From contig CAWJTV010000038.1 in NCBI GenBank assembly GCA_963845755.1, positions 96,001 to 160,000 on the forward strand: 64,000 nt of DNA, in the 5' to 3' direction. The notes below the pieces were generated by a model that worked only from the letters and a program-made list of their open reading frames with translations, was not told the origin of the DNA and did not search any database. This DNA is from an uncultured Planctomycetota bacterium. GTDB lineage: Bacteria > Planctomycetota > Planctomycetia > Isosphaerales > Isosphaeraceae. Shown here in pieces: positions 52,737 to 63,305 of the stretch (positions within the stretch are counted from its first letter, which is position 1; the number at the start of each line of letters is the position of its first letter). A program made the translations under genes and the position numbers.

Positions 52737-55085
52737 TCATCCCGGCAGGGCGGCCTCGATGGATCGGATCTCCTCGAGACGTTTCTGATTCCGATGATAC
52801 GCCTTCAGCTTCTCCTGATACGACACCATGGTCTTCGTGCAGACCAGCGTATAAGGTCTACCTTTTCGTTCGGTCCGAGAATTCAGGTCGAGCTTGCGAT
52901 CGCGGATCTGGCCTTCGAGATGGTTGCGCCGTTCTTCCGGGACGCCGAAACGATGCTCCGGCTGGCGCGGATCGTCGAGGAACCGTTTCATCTCGGCACA
53001 TTCCCGACATTTGCAGGTGATCGGGGCATCGCGGCGGAAGTCGGCGGGTTCCTGGGGTTCCTCGGCCGTGAGTGATTCTAACTGCTCCCGGCACGCGGCG
53101 ACCCATCGGGACAGGCCGTTGCAAGGTACCTTGACATGCTTCTTGAGCCAGGGCCGGAGGTTCTCCAGCGCCGGGACGTGGGCAGAGTTCAAGGGATAGA
53201 GGTTCGGCAAGGCCAGCGTGTGGGTGACGAACCGCGACAGCAGATCACATTGCTCGGTGGCCAGCAGCGATCGAGCCAGCCCGTCGAGCACATCGGTTCG
53301 CTTCACATCCCGGGCCTGCCAGTCGGTCTCGCCTCTCGCCTGATCGATGGTCTCGATCGCCGGGACGAGCGCATGCGCCAGGCGTTTGCAAAGCTCGCCC
53401 CATCCCGCCCTCTTCCGAGGTTCGGCGGAACTGATCGATTCGAGCAGCCGGATGTTCCGCTCGATCGTCTCCCGGGTCGTGCCCTCCATGACGGTCAGGA
53501 GTTCCTTCTGAAACGCCTTCCAACCGTACTTCTGGCAGACGGCGGCGATGGATCTGCCGGGGTCGGCGGTTGCATCCTTGACCAGGACATCGCCCAGGTA
53601 TTGATGGATCAAACCGGGCTCGCCGAGCCCGGCGAGCGTCTTCATCGGATCGCTCTTCTCCGTGGTCGGGTAGTACGTCCGAGCGTAACGTTCTTCGGGC
53701 CACGCCCCGAGGATGGCCGTGGCGAACGCGATGCATTGGGCTTTGAGAGCCGCAGCACCTTCCCCCTTCGTTTTTCGCCATTTCGCCACCATCTGCGCCA
53801 GTGCGGGCACGGCGTTCCGACTTCCGTTACTGCACAGGACCTCGAAATGCCGGCGCTCGGGCCAGAGGAGGATCGCCGCATAGCGATACCAGCGCTCGAG
53901 AGTCATGCCCGCATTGCCCGTGTAGCCTTCAAAGTCCTCCTCGGGCTCGCCTTCTCTGAGCACATCCGAGTCGAGGACCTCGTCTTCTTCGAAGTCCATC
54001 TCTCCGATCGGGAGCCCGTTGCCTTCGTTGTCGATGCACTGCTCCGCGGTGAGGCTGAACTCGAAGACCTCTCCCATTTCGTAATCGCTGCTGTCGTCTT
54101 CGTCTTCGTCGTCATCGTCGTCATACCAGCGCCCACGTCGCCCATATCTATGCCGGCCACCGACGTACTCCGCGTCGCCTGCTTCGTGGAAGGTGAGCAA
54201 GGCCAGATAGGCCCGGCAGCCCTCCTGGCGGGCGGCTCCTGCGAGGACCTGTGCCTTGACGCGATCCACACCTTTCAACGTATCCCAGGCGATCCCGTCC
54301 TTCGTGTATTGATGGTCGAGCGTGATGGCCAGCTTCTCCTGCGAGTCGTCCTTCGCCCATTCGCGAATGAGCGGACGGATCCGCTCGAGATGCTCCGAAA
54401 TCCGCGGAGCGGTGATGGTTTTCCTGGTCTTTCCGAGCGTCAAGTTGTAGACGAGACAGAGGCGATATCCCTTGCGCACCGGGCGAATCTCGTGTTCGCA
54501 GTCCGCGTAGAACGCAGCGAAGTGGTTGTGGAACAGGTTGTTCTCGACCTTGGTGAAGTCGATCGTCTGCTCCTGGCCCTCATGCCGGACCACGATCTCG
54601 CCGCCGTCGTAGGACGAAGGGAGCACGATGACCAGCGTCGCGACCATCCGATCGAGCTTCTCACCGTCGCGATGGGGCAGGAAGAAGCTCCCCGGCTCAT
54701 AGAGAAGCAGGTCATAGAGATGCGCTTCCAGCTTCTGACTCTCCAGGCCCAGCTCTTCTTGAACCTTCTTGACAGCCTGATCGAGGAACTGATGCCACTC
54801 GGGATTCTTCAGCGAGAATTGGCGCGGTTCCATCCGCCAGACGCTCCGGACCTTCGTATCGACCAGGGTCTTTTCGCCTTTGCCATAGGGCGCTTGATGG
54901 CATTGCTTTTTCAGGTCTTTGGCCGTCTGGGCGGTGAGCGGCAGACCGATCGGCCCCAGTCCCTTGACCTCCAGCCCGGGCGGCACAGCGGGGAGGCTGC
55001 CACTGACGCAGAACGAACCGGGTCGATCGATCTGGACCAATGCCTCGCTGAGTTTTTCCAAAGTCATTCTTGGCATCGAAGTCAC
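52737..55085 (-). CDS. 2OG-Fe(II) oxygenase-domain protein with long helical C-terminus
   Basis: LLLYEPGSFFLPHRD (HxD), ATLVIVLP...GGE, FYADCEHEIRPV (distal His), RLCLVYNL. Confidence 0.88.
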   Translation of the reverse strand: MTSMPRMTLEKLSEALVQIDRPGSFCVSGSLPAVPPGLEVKGLGPIGLPLTAQTAKDLKKQCHQAPYGKGEKTLVDTKVRSVWRMEPRQFSLKNPEWHQFLDQAVKKVQEELGLESQKLEAHLYDLLLYEPGSFFLPHRDGEKLDRMVATLVIVLPSSYDGGEIVVRHEGQEQTIDFTKVENNLFHNHFAAFYADCEHEIRPVRKGYRLCLVYNLTLGKTRKTITAPRISEHLERIRPLIREWAKDDSQEKLAITLDHQYTKDGIAWDTLKGVDRVKAQVLAGAARQEGCRAYLALLTFHEAGDAEYVGGRHRYGRRGRWYDDDDDEDEDDSSDYEMGEVFEFSLTAEQCIDNEGNGLPIGEMDFEEDEVLDSDVLREGEPEEDFEGYTGNAGMTLERWYRYAAILLWPERRHFEVLCSNGSRNAVPALAQMVAKWRKTKGEGAAALKAQCIAFATAILGAWPEERYARTYYPTTEKSDPMKTLAGLGEPGLIHQYLGDVLVKDATADPGRSIAAVCQKYGWKAFQKELLTVMEGTTRETIERNIRLLESISSAEPRKRAGWGELCKRLAHALVPAIETIDQARGETDWQARDVKRTDVLDGLARSLLATEQCDLLSRFVTHTLALPNLYPLNSAHVPALENLRPWLKKHVKVPCNGLSRWVAACREQLESLTAEEPQEPADFRRDAPITCKCRECAEMKRFLDDPRQPEHRFGVPEERRNHLEGQIRDRKLDLNSRTERKGRPYTLVCTKTMVSYQEKLKAYHRNQKRLEEIRSIEAALPG

Positions 55086-55330
55086 CTCACACCGACCGAG
55101 GAGCCGACTCGCCGTTGTCGTGTCGATGTCTCATAGATACCCGAACCGACGAGCGGTAGCTACCGACTCCTCTCTGATGTGAAATGATGGAGAGCCTGGT
55201 ATTGATGTCGTCGTCTTGACATGGACCTGGAGAAAACCGATCGCGAACTGACCGCGCGCGAAGGGAGTACAGAAGGGATGATATTGCCCTCCAATGTCTC
55301 GGCACGCTTCTCGCGGATATGGTGCTTGTC

Positions 55331-56283
55331 CTAGGAGTTTCTTGCCACTTGCCGTGCCAGCCGGCCGGCGACGGTCTCGGCATCTTCTCCCGGCGCGACG
55401 GGGAACGCGCGGACTTCCTCCAGCCCGCGGAACCAGGTGGCCTGGCGCTTGGCGAACTGGCGGGAGCGGGTCTGGATGCGGTCGATTGTCTCATCGAGGG
55501 TCGCTTGCCCGGCGAGCATCGCGGTGACTTCGCGGTAGCCGATGGCCTGGGCGGCGACGGGGCTCAAGGGTCGGGCGCCGGCCTGGAGGGCGCGCACCTC
55601 CTCGATCAGGCCGGAGTCGAAGAAGCTCCGCACGCGTCGGTTGATCCGGTCGTAAAGGTCCGGCGCGGAAGTTCCATCGCGAAGACCTGGACCGAACCCG
55701 GCGCCGGGTGTTGATGCTCGACCTGCAAGCTGCTGAGGGGCCGTCCGGTCAGCTCGATCACCTCCAGGGCGCGGACGATTCGCCGCCGGTCGTGGGAATG
55801 GAGTCGCGCCGCGGTCGTCGGGTCGAGGGCGGCCAGCCGGGCATGGAGGGTGGCGTCGCCCGCCGCCTCGGCCTCCTGCTCCAGCCGCCGCCGCAGTTCG
55901 GGATCGGAGCCGGGTCCCCCGAACAAGCCGCGCAGCAGCGCCTTGAGATAGAGCGGTGTGCCGCCGACGAACAGCGCCCGCCGGTCGCGAGCCTCGATCG
56001 CCGCGACCGCCGCGCCGGCCCATTGGCGATAGTCGGCCACGCTGGCCGACGCCCACGGCTCGATCACGTCGATCAGATGATGCGGAATCCCGCCACGCTC
56101 GGCCATTGTCGGCTTGGCGGTGCCGATGTTCATGCCCCGGTAGATCGTCATCGAGTCCATCGCGACGACCTCGGCACCCAGCCGGCGCGCCAGGGCCACG
56201 CCGACGGCCGTTTTGCCCGACGCTGTCGGGCCTGTCAGGTAGATCGCACGGTGAAATGGGTTTTCGTCCATCGACCGGTTCAT
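55331..56283 (-). CDS. miaA: tRNA dimethylallyltransferase; frameshifted near 55665
   Basis: GPTASGKT, DSMTIYRGMNIGTAKP, VGGTPLYLKAL, RRIVRALEV; QAIGYRE and RQFAKRQATWF in the second frame. Confidence 0.95.
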
Positions 56284-56384
56284 GACAAGGACGGGAACAG
56301 CCGTCTTTGGCTCGCACCTTTCCCGACAGTATGATCCTGATCTGGTCAAGAGGGGAAACTCACGCCCGGAGGGAGGGACAGGCG

Positions 56385-56720
56385 GTGCGATCGTTCCTGT
56401 GGTACAGCCTCGACGCCCTCGGCGAGATCGGCGGCTGCTTCGCCTTCTGGGCGTGGCTCCGCATGCAGAGAAGCCCGATCTGGCTGGTGCCGGGAATCGC
56501 GGCCCTGATCGTCTTCGCCCTCGCCCTCACGAGGATCGACGCGAGCCATGCCGGCCGGGCCTACGCGGCGTACGGTGGCATCTACATCGTCGCGTCGATG
56601 GGCTGGCTCTGGGCGGCCGAAGGCGTCAGGCCCGACGACTGGGATTGGATCGGTGCCGGCCTCTGCCTGCTCGGTACGGCCGTGATCCTCTTCGGCCGGA
56701 GAGTCTTCTCAGTCCCGTAA
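56385..56720 (+). CDS. ynfA: YnfA/UPF0060 small membrane protein (SMR superfamily)
   Basis: [41 protein letters not shown]. Confidence 0.93.
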   Translation: MRSFLWYSLDALGEIGGCFAFWAWLRMQRSPIWLVPGIAALIVFALALTRIDASHAGRAYAAYGGIYIVASMGWLWAAEGVRPDDWDWIGAGLCLLGTAVILFGRRVFSVP

Positions 56721-56801
56721 GTCAGGTTTTCCAGCCGGACACGACCAGACCATCAGACTGGAAATCCTGACCTACCAACACGCTGGGATGACCGCAATTT
56801 T

Positions 56802-56947
56802 CCGTAACCAGGCACGTGAGTGCGTGGTTCGGACGGGGCGCAGCCCACCAACCTCGGGCGTCAGCCCCATCCGACCGGCTGAGGGGATCGCACGGACGTC
56901 CGAGGCTGGAGGTTCCCGTCCGGACCACAGTCTCACGACCGTGGTCA
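56802..56947. repeat. Dispersed ~146-bp MITE-like or structured repeat, copy 2
   Basis: Reverse-complement match to 27951-28096. Confidence 0.9.
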
Positions 56948-57292
56948 TAACAGTCGGGTTCACCAAGGCGTGTCAAAGTTTGCCCTCGTCCCCCAAACCC
57001 AACAGAGGCGAACGGATCGCCGGGCTCGAGCAGTCGGAAACCGAAACCCGAGAGAAAAATTGCGCTAAATTGGGCCCATTCCCGATCTCCTTGTTTGGGG
57101 CGAGTCGATTCTTGCTTGGCAGGACCCGTCCGGAAATCGCTAGCCCACCATATCTGTGAGTCTCGGCGATACGCTTCGTGGGCCACCGATGCTGGTCATC
57201 GTGGGAGAATCGCACCCATGGGACCACCCTTCTCTCGGCCTGTCGCGTTGCGAGCAGCATCACGAGAATGAGCAACTCTTGAAGAGGAGAGA

Positions 57293-58745
57293 ATGATGCG
57301 ACGATTGAAAGGAAGGACGCTCTTCCTGGGCATGACGCTCGTCGCCGCGTTCATGGCGCGGCCGTGGACTCCCGTGGTTATCGCCCAGGAGGGAGGGCCC
57401 AGCGCGGCGAGCGAGGCCGACTTCAAGCCGGTGCCGCTGCCCGACCCCGGCATCCCGGGCTTCGTCTTCCCGGAGAAGGAAGCCAAAATCCTTGGCTGGG
57501 TCCAGCACAAGAATCACGCGGCGATCGATCGACACGTCTGGGGGATCTGGACGGCGCTCACGGCCCCGTCGGGTGTCAAGTTCGAAGGTCAGGAGCTTCG
57601 CGTCTTCGAGACCTGGGACACGCCCGGCGACCTGCTCGACGCCGCCGCGAGCGCCCGCGGGGCGCCGCGAGCCAAGCGTAACCCGCGGCCGCTCACGTCT
57701 CTCCGGCAGCTCGGCCACGGCGGCATGAACTTTCGGAGCCTCCGCGCCGGCGAGTCGACCGTGACGGGCTTCGTGAAGTACGACCCGGTGGCGGCGAAGC
57801 ACATCACCGACAAGAAACTGCTCTCGATCTCGCAACTGAATTCCTTGCTCAGCTCGGGTGCGACGGAGGTCCCGACCTTCCCCGTGGCGGCCGTCTCGCT
57901 CAAGCCGGTCTTCACCACGATCTCGGCGTCCCAGCTCGTTCGACGGCCGATATTTCCTCCTGCCGGCATGGCCGGGGCCGCCGACCACGCCCCAACCGTT
58001 CCCGCCGAATGACTGGAAACAGTTCGTCTGGGTCAACATCAAGGCAACCGGCGACGGCACCGGTACGGGCAAGGTGGACACCGTCGGCAAGGTCGACGGG
58101 AGCTCACGGACCCCGCAGACAACCTACGGCGTCAATCGCTTCATTCACTTCCGCCTCTCCGCTGCCCAGGCCCAGGCGTTGAATGCCCTCAACGATGCGG
58201 TGCCCGCCGGTCGGGCCCCGCGCGCCGCGGAGGGGGATTTCTCGGTGCTCCTGGGGATGCACACGACGAGCCGCGAGATCACCCGATGGACCTGGCAGAC
58301 GTTCTGGTGGACGCCCGCCCCGGACGACCCTCCTGCCCCCAGCTCGAAGGCGATCGCGTCCCATCGACCCGCCGAACTCAAAGGGGCCCCGCGTAACTAT
58401 GCCGTCGCGATCGCGTACGACATGGTCTCGCCGCCGCAGCCCAACACCGGCGGCCAGAATGTCGGCGAGTCCATCTACGCCTACAATCCGTGGCTCGAGG
58501 CGGGCTTCGGGCCGGGGAACCTGCCGAGTTCCCAGCCGGGGACGTACAAGGGCAGGCCCGTTGCCAATAACGTCGGTGTGCAGACCAACTGCATGAGCTG
58601 CCACGCCCAGGCGTGCTATTCCACGACGGGGTCCCAGGACCCTTCGCTCTATACCGGCGACCAGTATATCGACCTCGGCGGTTCCCAGTTCCAGGGCAAG
58701 CTCCGCGTCGATTTCCTCTGGTCGCTGCCCGACCTCGCCCGCTAG
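57293..58745 (+). CDS. Secreted hypothetical protein with a C-terminal CxxCH (putative monoheme cytochrome c); frameshifted near 57940
   Basis: GAGGAG RBS, signal peptide, GMHTTSRE..RWTWQTFWW, YAYNPWLE, TNCMSCHA, DFLWS. Confidence 0.8.
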
Positions 58746-58882
58746 GGCGCGAACCGACGTTCACCGATATGGGAGGATCGGAGTTCGGATCCTCCCGAGA
58801 TCCTTGTCAGCCGATCCGGGGCCGCATCGCTCGTCCGACGTCGGCCGGTCGATGCGACGTCCCGCACCCCCTCAACCTGGAG

Positions 58883-59902
58883 ATGATCATGAAAGCAATC
58901 ACGATGATGGCCGTCTGCGCGATGATCCTGGCCACGGCGACGTTCGGTTGGAGCGCGCAGGGCCAGCAAGCAGGTACACACCCCCTCAACGCACCGTATC
59001 CCCAGGATGTGCCTAACGACCCGCAGAGCAAATTCCTGGTCAAGCTCGTCAGGCGGTGTGGGACCTCCGCGCCCGACGATCATCGACGTTCGGCCCTCCG
59101 CCTGCGGACCGCCCCATTTCGCGTGGCGAACCTCCGCGCGATGGCGACCGCGACGAAGCCGGTCACGGTCAACGTCTACTTCCACGTCATCCACAAGGGG
59201 ACGACCGGCAATGTCACCGACGCCCAGATCTCCAAGCAGATTGACGTCCTCAACGAGGATTACAAGTCCCACGGCTTCCAGTTCGCCCTGAAGGCCACCA
59301 GCCGGACCGACGTGGATGACCCGAGCATCAACAAGCCGGGTTGGTTCACCATGAGCGGCGGCAGCGCCGACGAGCTCGACGCGAAGACGACCTTGTCGGT
59401 GAACCCCGCGCAGAACCTGAACCTCTACACCGCCGAGCCGACGGACCCGGTCCTCGGGGGACTGCTGGGGTTCTCGACCTTCCCCTGGGACCTGGCGGGC
59501 AACCCGAAGGTTAACGGGGTGGTCATCCTCCACTCGTCGCTGCCCGGAGGGGTCGCACCGTTCAACCTCGGCAAGACGGCCACTCACGAGGTCGGCCACT
59601 GGTTGGGCCTGTACCATACCTTCCAGGGGGGCTGTACCCCGCCGGGTGACGAGGTGGACGACACGCAGGCCCAGCCCGATGGTGACAACATCTTCCAATG
59701 CGATCCGATGACCAATATTTGCCCCGGCGGCGACCCGGCGAAGGCCCCGATCCACAACTATATGAACTACGCCGACGACTCCTGCCTGACCGAGTTCACC
59801 CTGGGCCAGACGGAACGGATGAAGGTGGAGGTGAGCCTCTATCGCAAGCTCGTGGTGGATCCGGACGTGCGCAAGAATCTCCGCACGTTCGCGAGCCGCT
59901 AG
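58883..59902 (+). CDS. M43 family (ulilysin/pappalysin-like) zinc metalloprotease
   Basis: Signal peptide, RRCGT cysteine-switch-like prodomain, VYFHVI, HEVGHWLGLYHTF, NYMNY Met-turn, FTLGQTERM. Confidence 0.93.
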   Translation: MIMKAITMMAVCAMILATATFGWSAQGQQAGTHPLNAPYPQDVPNDPQSKFLVKLVRRCGTSAPDDHRRSALRLRTAPFRVANLRAMATATKPVTVNVYFHVIHKGTTGNVTDAQISKQIDVLNEDYKSHGFQFALKATSRTDVDDPSINKPGWFTMSGGSADELDAKTTLSVNPAQNLNLYTAEPTDPVLGGLLGFSTFPWDLAGNPKVNGVVILHSSLPGGVAPFNLGKTATHEVGHWLGLYHTFQGGCTPPGDEVDDTQAQPDGDNIFQCDPMTNICPGGDPAKAPIHNYMNYADDSCLTEFTLGQTERMKVEVSLYRKLVVDPDVRKNLRTFASR

Positions 59903-60022
59903 CGACGTCCCCGGCGGTCGCGGGGTATCATGAGAGTCGGGCGGATGACGCGTGATGTCGCCCGACCCCTCATGTCATGGGGGCCCGACCGCGGGCCGTG
60001 GCTTTTCCGCAAGGAGCCGGCG

Positions 60023-60626
60023 ATGTTCCGCATCCTGATCGCCCTGATCCCGTTCATGTTCCTCGCGTTCGCAGGTCTCGCACTCGGCGACGACCACGCG
60101 GCAGCTCGGCTCGCCGAGATTGCCCTCCATCCGGAGGTCCGTCGCGAGATCGGCCTGACACCCGCCCAGGGTCAACTCCTGGACCAGATTGTCGATCGCA
60201 TCAAGCAAGGCGAGGAGCCGCAGCCGAATCTACGCTCCGAGGTCACCAAGCCGCTGGAACCCGAGCAGCTCAAGCGCCTGGAACAGATCTTCGTCCAGGT
60301 CTACGACGCACGGACCCTGGGAAATGCGGGGATCGTCAAGGACCTGGGTCTCGATGAGGCACAGCGTCGAACGCCTCGCCGAGTCCATCAAGGCCATCGG
60401 GGAAGAGGAACGCAAGATGGCCGACGTCATGAAGCGGTCGCGGTTCCCGTCGGCCGAGGCGCGGCATCGTTTCGTGGAGAAGTACGAACAGGCGGCGAAC
60501 GCTCGCCTGCGGGGCATCTTGAACGACGCGCAGAAAGCCCGCCTGGAGAAGATGAAGGGCAACCCCTTCCCTGCCGTGTCCCAGCTCCGCTCGCAAACCA
60601 GCTCGACTCCCAGGATTCTTCCGTAG
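60023..60626 (+). CDS. Secreted helical hypothetical protein (LTXXQ-like repeats); frameshifted near 60370
   Basis: AAGGAG RBS, signal peptide, EVRREIGLTPAQ, LEPEQLKRLEQI, ILNDAQKARLEKMKG.PF. Confidence 0.75.
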
Positions 60627-60642
60627 GATGCGTGGCGGGAAT

Positions 60643-60819
60643 GCTGGTGACTGGAATCCAGGCCCGGATTGTCTTCGCCCTCGCACTCACGAGGATCGAT
60701 GCGAGCCATGCCGGCCGGACTTTCGCGGCATAGGGAGACATCTCCCTCGTCGCGTCGATGGGCTGGCTATGGGCGGCCGAAGACTCAGGCCCGACCGATG
60801 GGATTGGATCGGTGCCGGC
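60643..60819 (+). pseudogene. ynfA: Degenerate internal duplicate of ynfA
   Basis: Direct repeat of 56483-56660 with substitutions, an in-frame TAG at 60731 and indels. Confidence 0.9.
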
Positions 60820-60990
60820 ATTCTCGCCGCGAAAACCCTCTTGGGCGTCGCCCCGTCGCGGTGAAACGTTGGGTTTGACTTGTCGAAATCGCCTCCGGGG
60901 ATCTCTGGACTCCCATTTCGACTGGACCAGTTCTTGGGGAGCAGACCAGGGTGCGGAAGCCGTACTCAGCACGAAACGTGTGCAGGTCCA

Positions 60991-61860
60991 TCATGTGGAA
61001 CGGATGCTTGTCGCATCGCCAGTAAGGGCTTCCAACGGCTCGGTCTTCGTGGGAGCCAGGCAGCGGCATAAGGAGCTCAGCCGGGCCGTGAGGCGCAGAT
61101 GCAGCTCGTTGGACCGATCGAGGATCCAGTCGGGCATCGCCATCGATTCGTGCTCTATCGCACGATCGATGAATCCACTTCTAATGTACTGGGAGGTGTC
61201 ACCGCTGCCGAACGCTCCGGTCCTCCTCGTGAGGGAATACCGCTCGGTGAGGGGGGTATCCAGATCGAGAAAGTCCTCCAGCATCCTGAAGACCTCGGAG
61301 GTTCGGCCCATGAGCTGGTCGTGCGTCAGGAACACTCTGCGCCGGGTGTCATCGATGCCAAGGGCCTCCTGCTCCACCATTGGGAGCCGGGATTCGTAAT
61401 AGTTGAAGGCGGACGATTGGCGGTCCTCCGGCCCCATGTTTGGATGCGTGTTCCAAGCGACCATCTGCCGGATGTGGCTCTGGATCGCGCGGTCTGGCTG
61501 GCGCAAGAGGAAGATGAAGCGACAACGCTCGTCCCGGAGGATCGCGTCACAAAGGAGGTCGTTGTGGAGAACCTTGTCCAGGGCGTAGGGCCGCACGAGG
61601 ACGCGCCGATTGACCACGGACGTCGCGTGGACGAGCCGATTGAGGTCACGGGCCGACTTGTAGTGCATCAGGGTTTCGCCGTACCCGGTGACATTGGGGT
61701 GGCTCGAGAGGATATGTGTTAGCAGGGTCGACCCCGATCGCTGGTGACCGACGATGAAGACGAACTGGCAGGGCTTGCAGAACGTCTGCGCCTGTAGATC
61801 GGGGCCAGGGCAACCTTGAGAATTGACTTTAACATGAATATAATCCTTTAAATTGATCAT
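60991..61860 (-). CDS. Sulfotransferase family protein (start uncertain)
   Basis: 5'-PSB loop FIVGHQRSGSTLL..ILSSHP; 3'-PB motif FIFLLRQP...IQS. Confidence 0.85.
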   Translation of the reverse strand: MINLKDYIHVKVNSQGCPGPDLQAQTFCKPCQFVFIVGHQRSGSTLLTHILSSHPNVTGYGETLMHYKSARDLNRLVHATSVVNRRVLVRPYALDKVLHNDLLCDAILRDERCRFIFLLRQPDRAIQSHIRQMVAWNTHPNMGPEDRQSSAFNYYESRLPMVEQEALGIDDTRRRVFLTHDQLMGRTSEVFRMLEDFLDLDTPLTERYSLTRRTGAFGSGDTSQYIRSGFIDRAIEHESMAMPDWILDRSNELHLRLTARLSSLCRCLAPTKTEPLEALTGDATSIRST

Positions 61861-62257
61861 GTACGCATCACGATATTTGAATTGTCATTTCCTGGTGTGG
61901 CGCTGCTCAGAATGGTCGGGTACATCCTGCATGACTCGCGTATTCCGATGGGGCAGGCCGCGATGGCTTCGCGGTGGCACTCAAACACGCATCCCCACGC
62001 GATCCTCGCAACTCAGGGCCGGCGCGCGCTGCTCGTCGCACTCGACCGATGATTCGAGGGAGGTCCTGCGGGTGCTTGGCGACCCGTCGAGACTTCAGGG
62101 GAAGGACGTTTGCGAGAGTGGCTTCATTTCCCAACTTGTCGGCGGTTCCCGATGTCAGGCGCCGATCTAAGTGCAACCACCACGAAATCGTGCGAGTCGT
62201 ACGACGAACACGCGGATGCGGCGGTCCAGATCGTGGGAATGGAAGTGATGTGTTCTC

Positions 62258-62626
62258 TCAGCAAACGAGGCGACAGAGCATATGGGAGGGGCTAGCCGTT
62301 CCGAACACGAGGTGGCTTGGGAAATGCATGCCGCGGACGTAGTGTCCCAACCTGATCACGCCGAATCCGATCGGCGCGAAGTCGATGCTCCTACCCAGTT
62401 CTGTTACAGATCGGACGATCTGACGACACTCGAACCTAGCCGGACCGCAGAGCTCAGGCGCTACGTTACATGTCCGCGAGATGAGCCCCAAATCGAGGGG
62501 AACTGGATCGATCAGATAGAATCCCAGAGAGGAGGCAAGGCTGGAGGTGTCGGGTGTGATGGCCTGGATCGTTGTGGCGATCAGAAGAGCAGTCCAGATG
62601 GGCCGGAATGCAATCAGACGGTGCAT
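62258..62626 (-). CDS. Small secreted hypothetical protein
   Basis: GAAGAG upstream, signal-like N-terminus, IQAITPD..SLAS, Cys-containing C-terminus LCRLVC. Confidence 0.45.
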   Translation of the reverse strand: MHRLIAFRPIWTALLIATTIQAITPDTSSLASSLGFYLIDPVPLDLGLISRTCNVAPELCGPARFECRQIVRSVTELGRSIDFAPIGFGVIRLGHYVRGMHFPSHLVFGTASPSHMLCRLVC

Positions 62627-63305
62627 CTGCTCTTCATCTCCGGAGGTCCGGTCGAGAAGTTGGGAGAACCAGGTAGGTTCGTGCCACCGATTGTCTTCAA
62701 GTCCTTCAAACCAATCTCACTCAAGCGGAACACTGATGTCAAGTATCTAATCGTGTCATTTTCTCTTGGTCCCTGATGTCGCCTTTTTTGAGGTCTCTTG
62801 AAGGGTCTATTCTGAGGTTTCACAGTGCTGATCCCCATATGTGGATTTCTGAGAAAATGTTTATCTCGAAGGGGAATATTTGGGAATTGCCGGTAACGGC
62901 GCACAAAGCCGTCTCCGAAACGAAGACTGGCGTGTCGGTCTCTCGAGGAGCCGGCCCCTGACCGGCAAACGCTCTCGCCGTAGCCTGTGGCCTTATTTAG
63001 CACGCCAGGATGTTGTCGAAAACCAACGTGTGTTCTCGTGCCCAGTCAGCGGTCCGATCGAGGCATCAAGAATCGAGCCAAATCCAGGTCGAACCTGTCA
63101 CGATCGTATCGTGGAAGCAATCACGAACCCTTGGGGTCTTGCCCCCGAGGCGTGACCAGACACGCCGGCCCTCACCCGAATATTCACACTGATATCTATA
63201 ATCGTTTTAAGTGAACAGATGATTTATCATCGGAGTGCCGGCGGCGAGGGCGCCTGCCGGATGAACCCCGGTCCTCTCGCGAGGCCGGTCGATCCCGTGC
63301 CGCCC

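Noticed and set aside
55098..55175. GCGGTAGC ops-like motif and an imperfect hairpin upstream of the 2OG oxygenase
   Set aside because: The motif is on the strand opposite to the flanking genes and is only a partial match; the hairpin matches no riboswitch I recognise
55331..56283. Programmed frameshifting or true pseudogenisation of miaA
   Set aside because: No slippery site at the break, and similar indels occur throughout the window, so sequencing error is more likely
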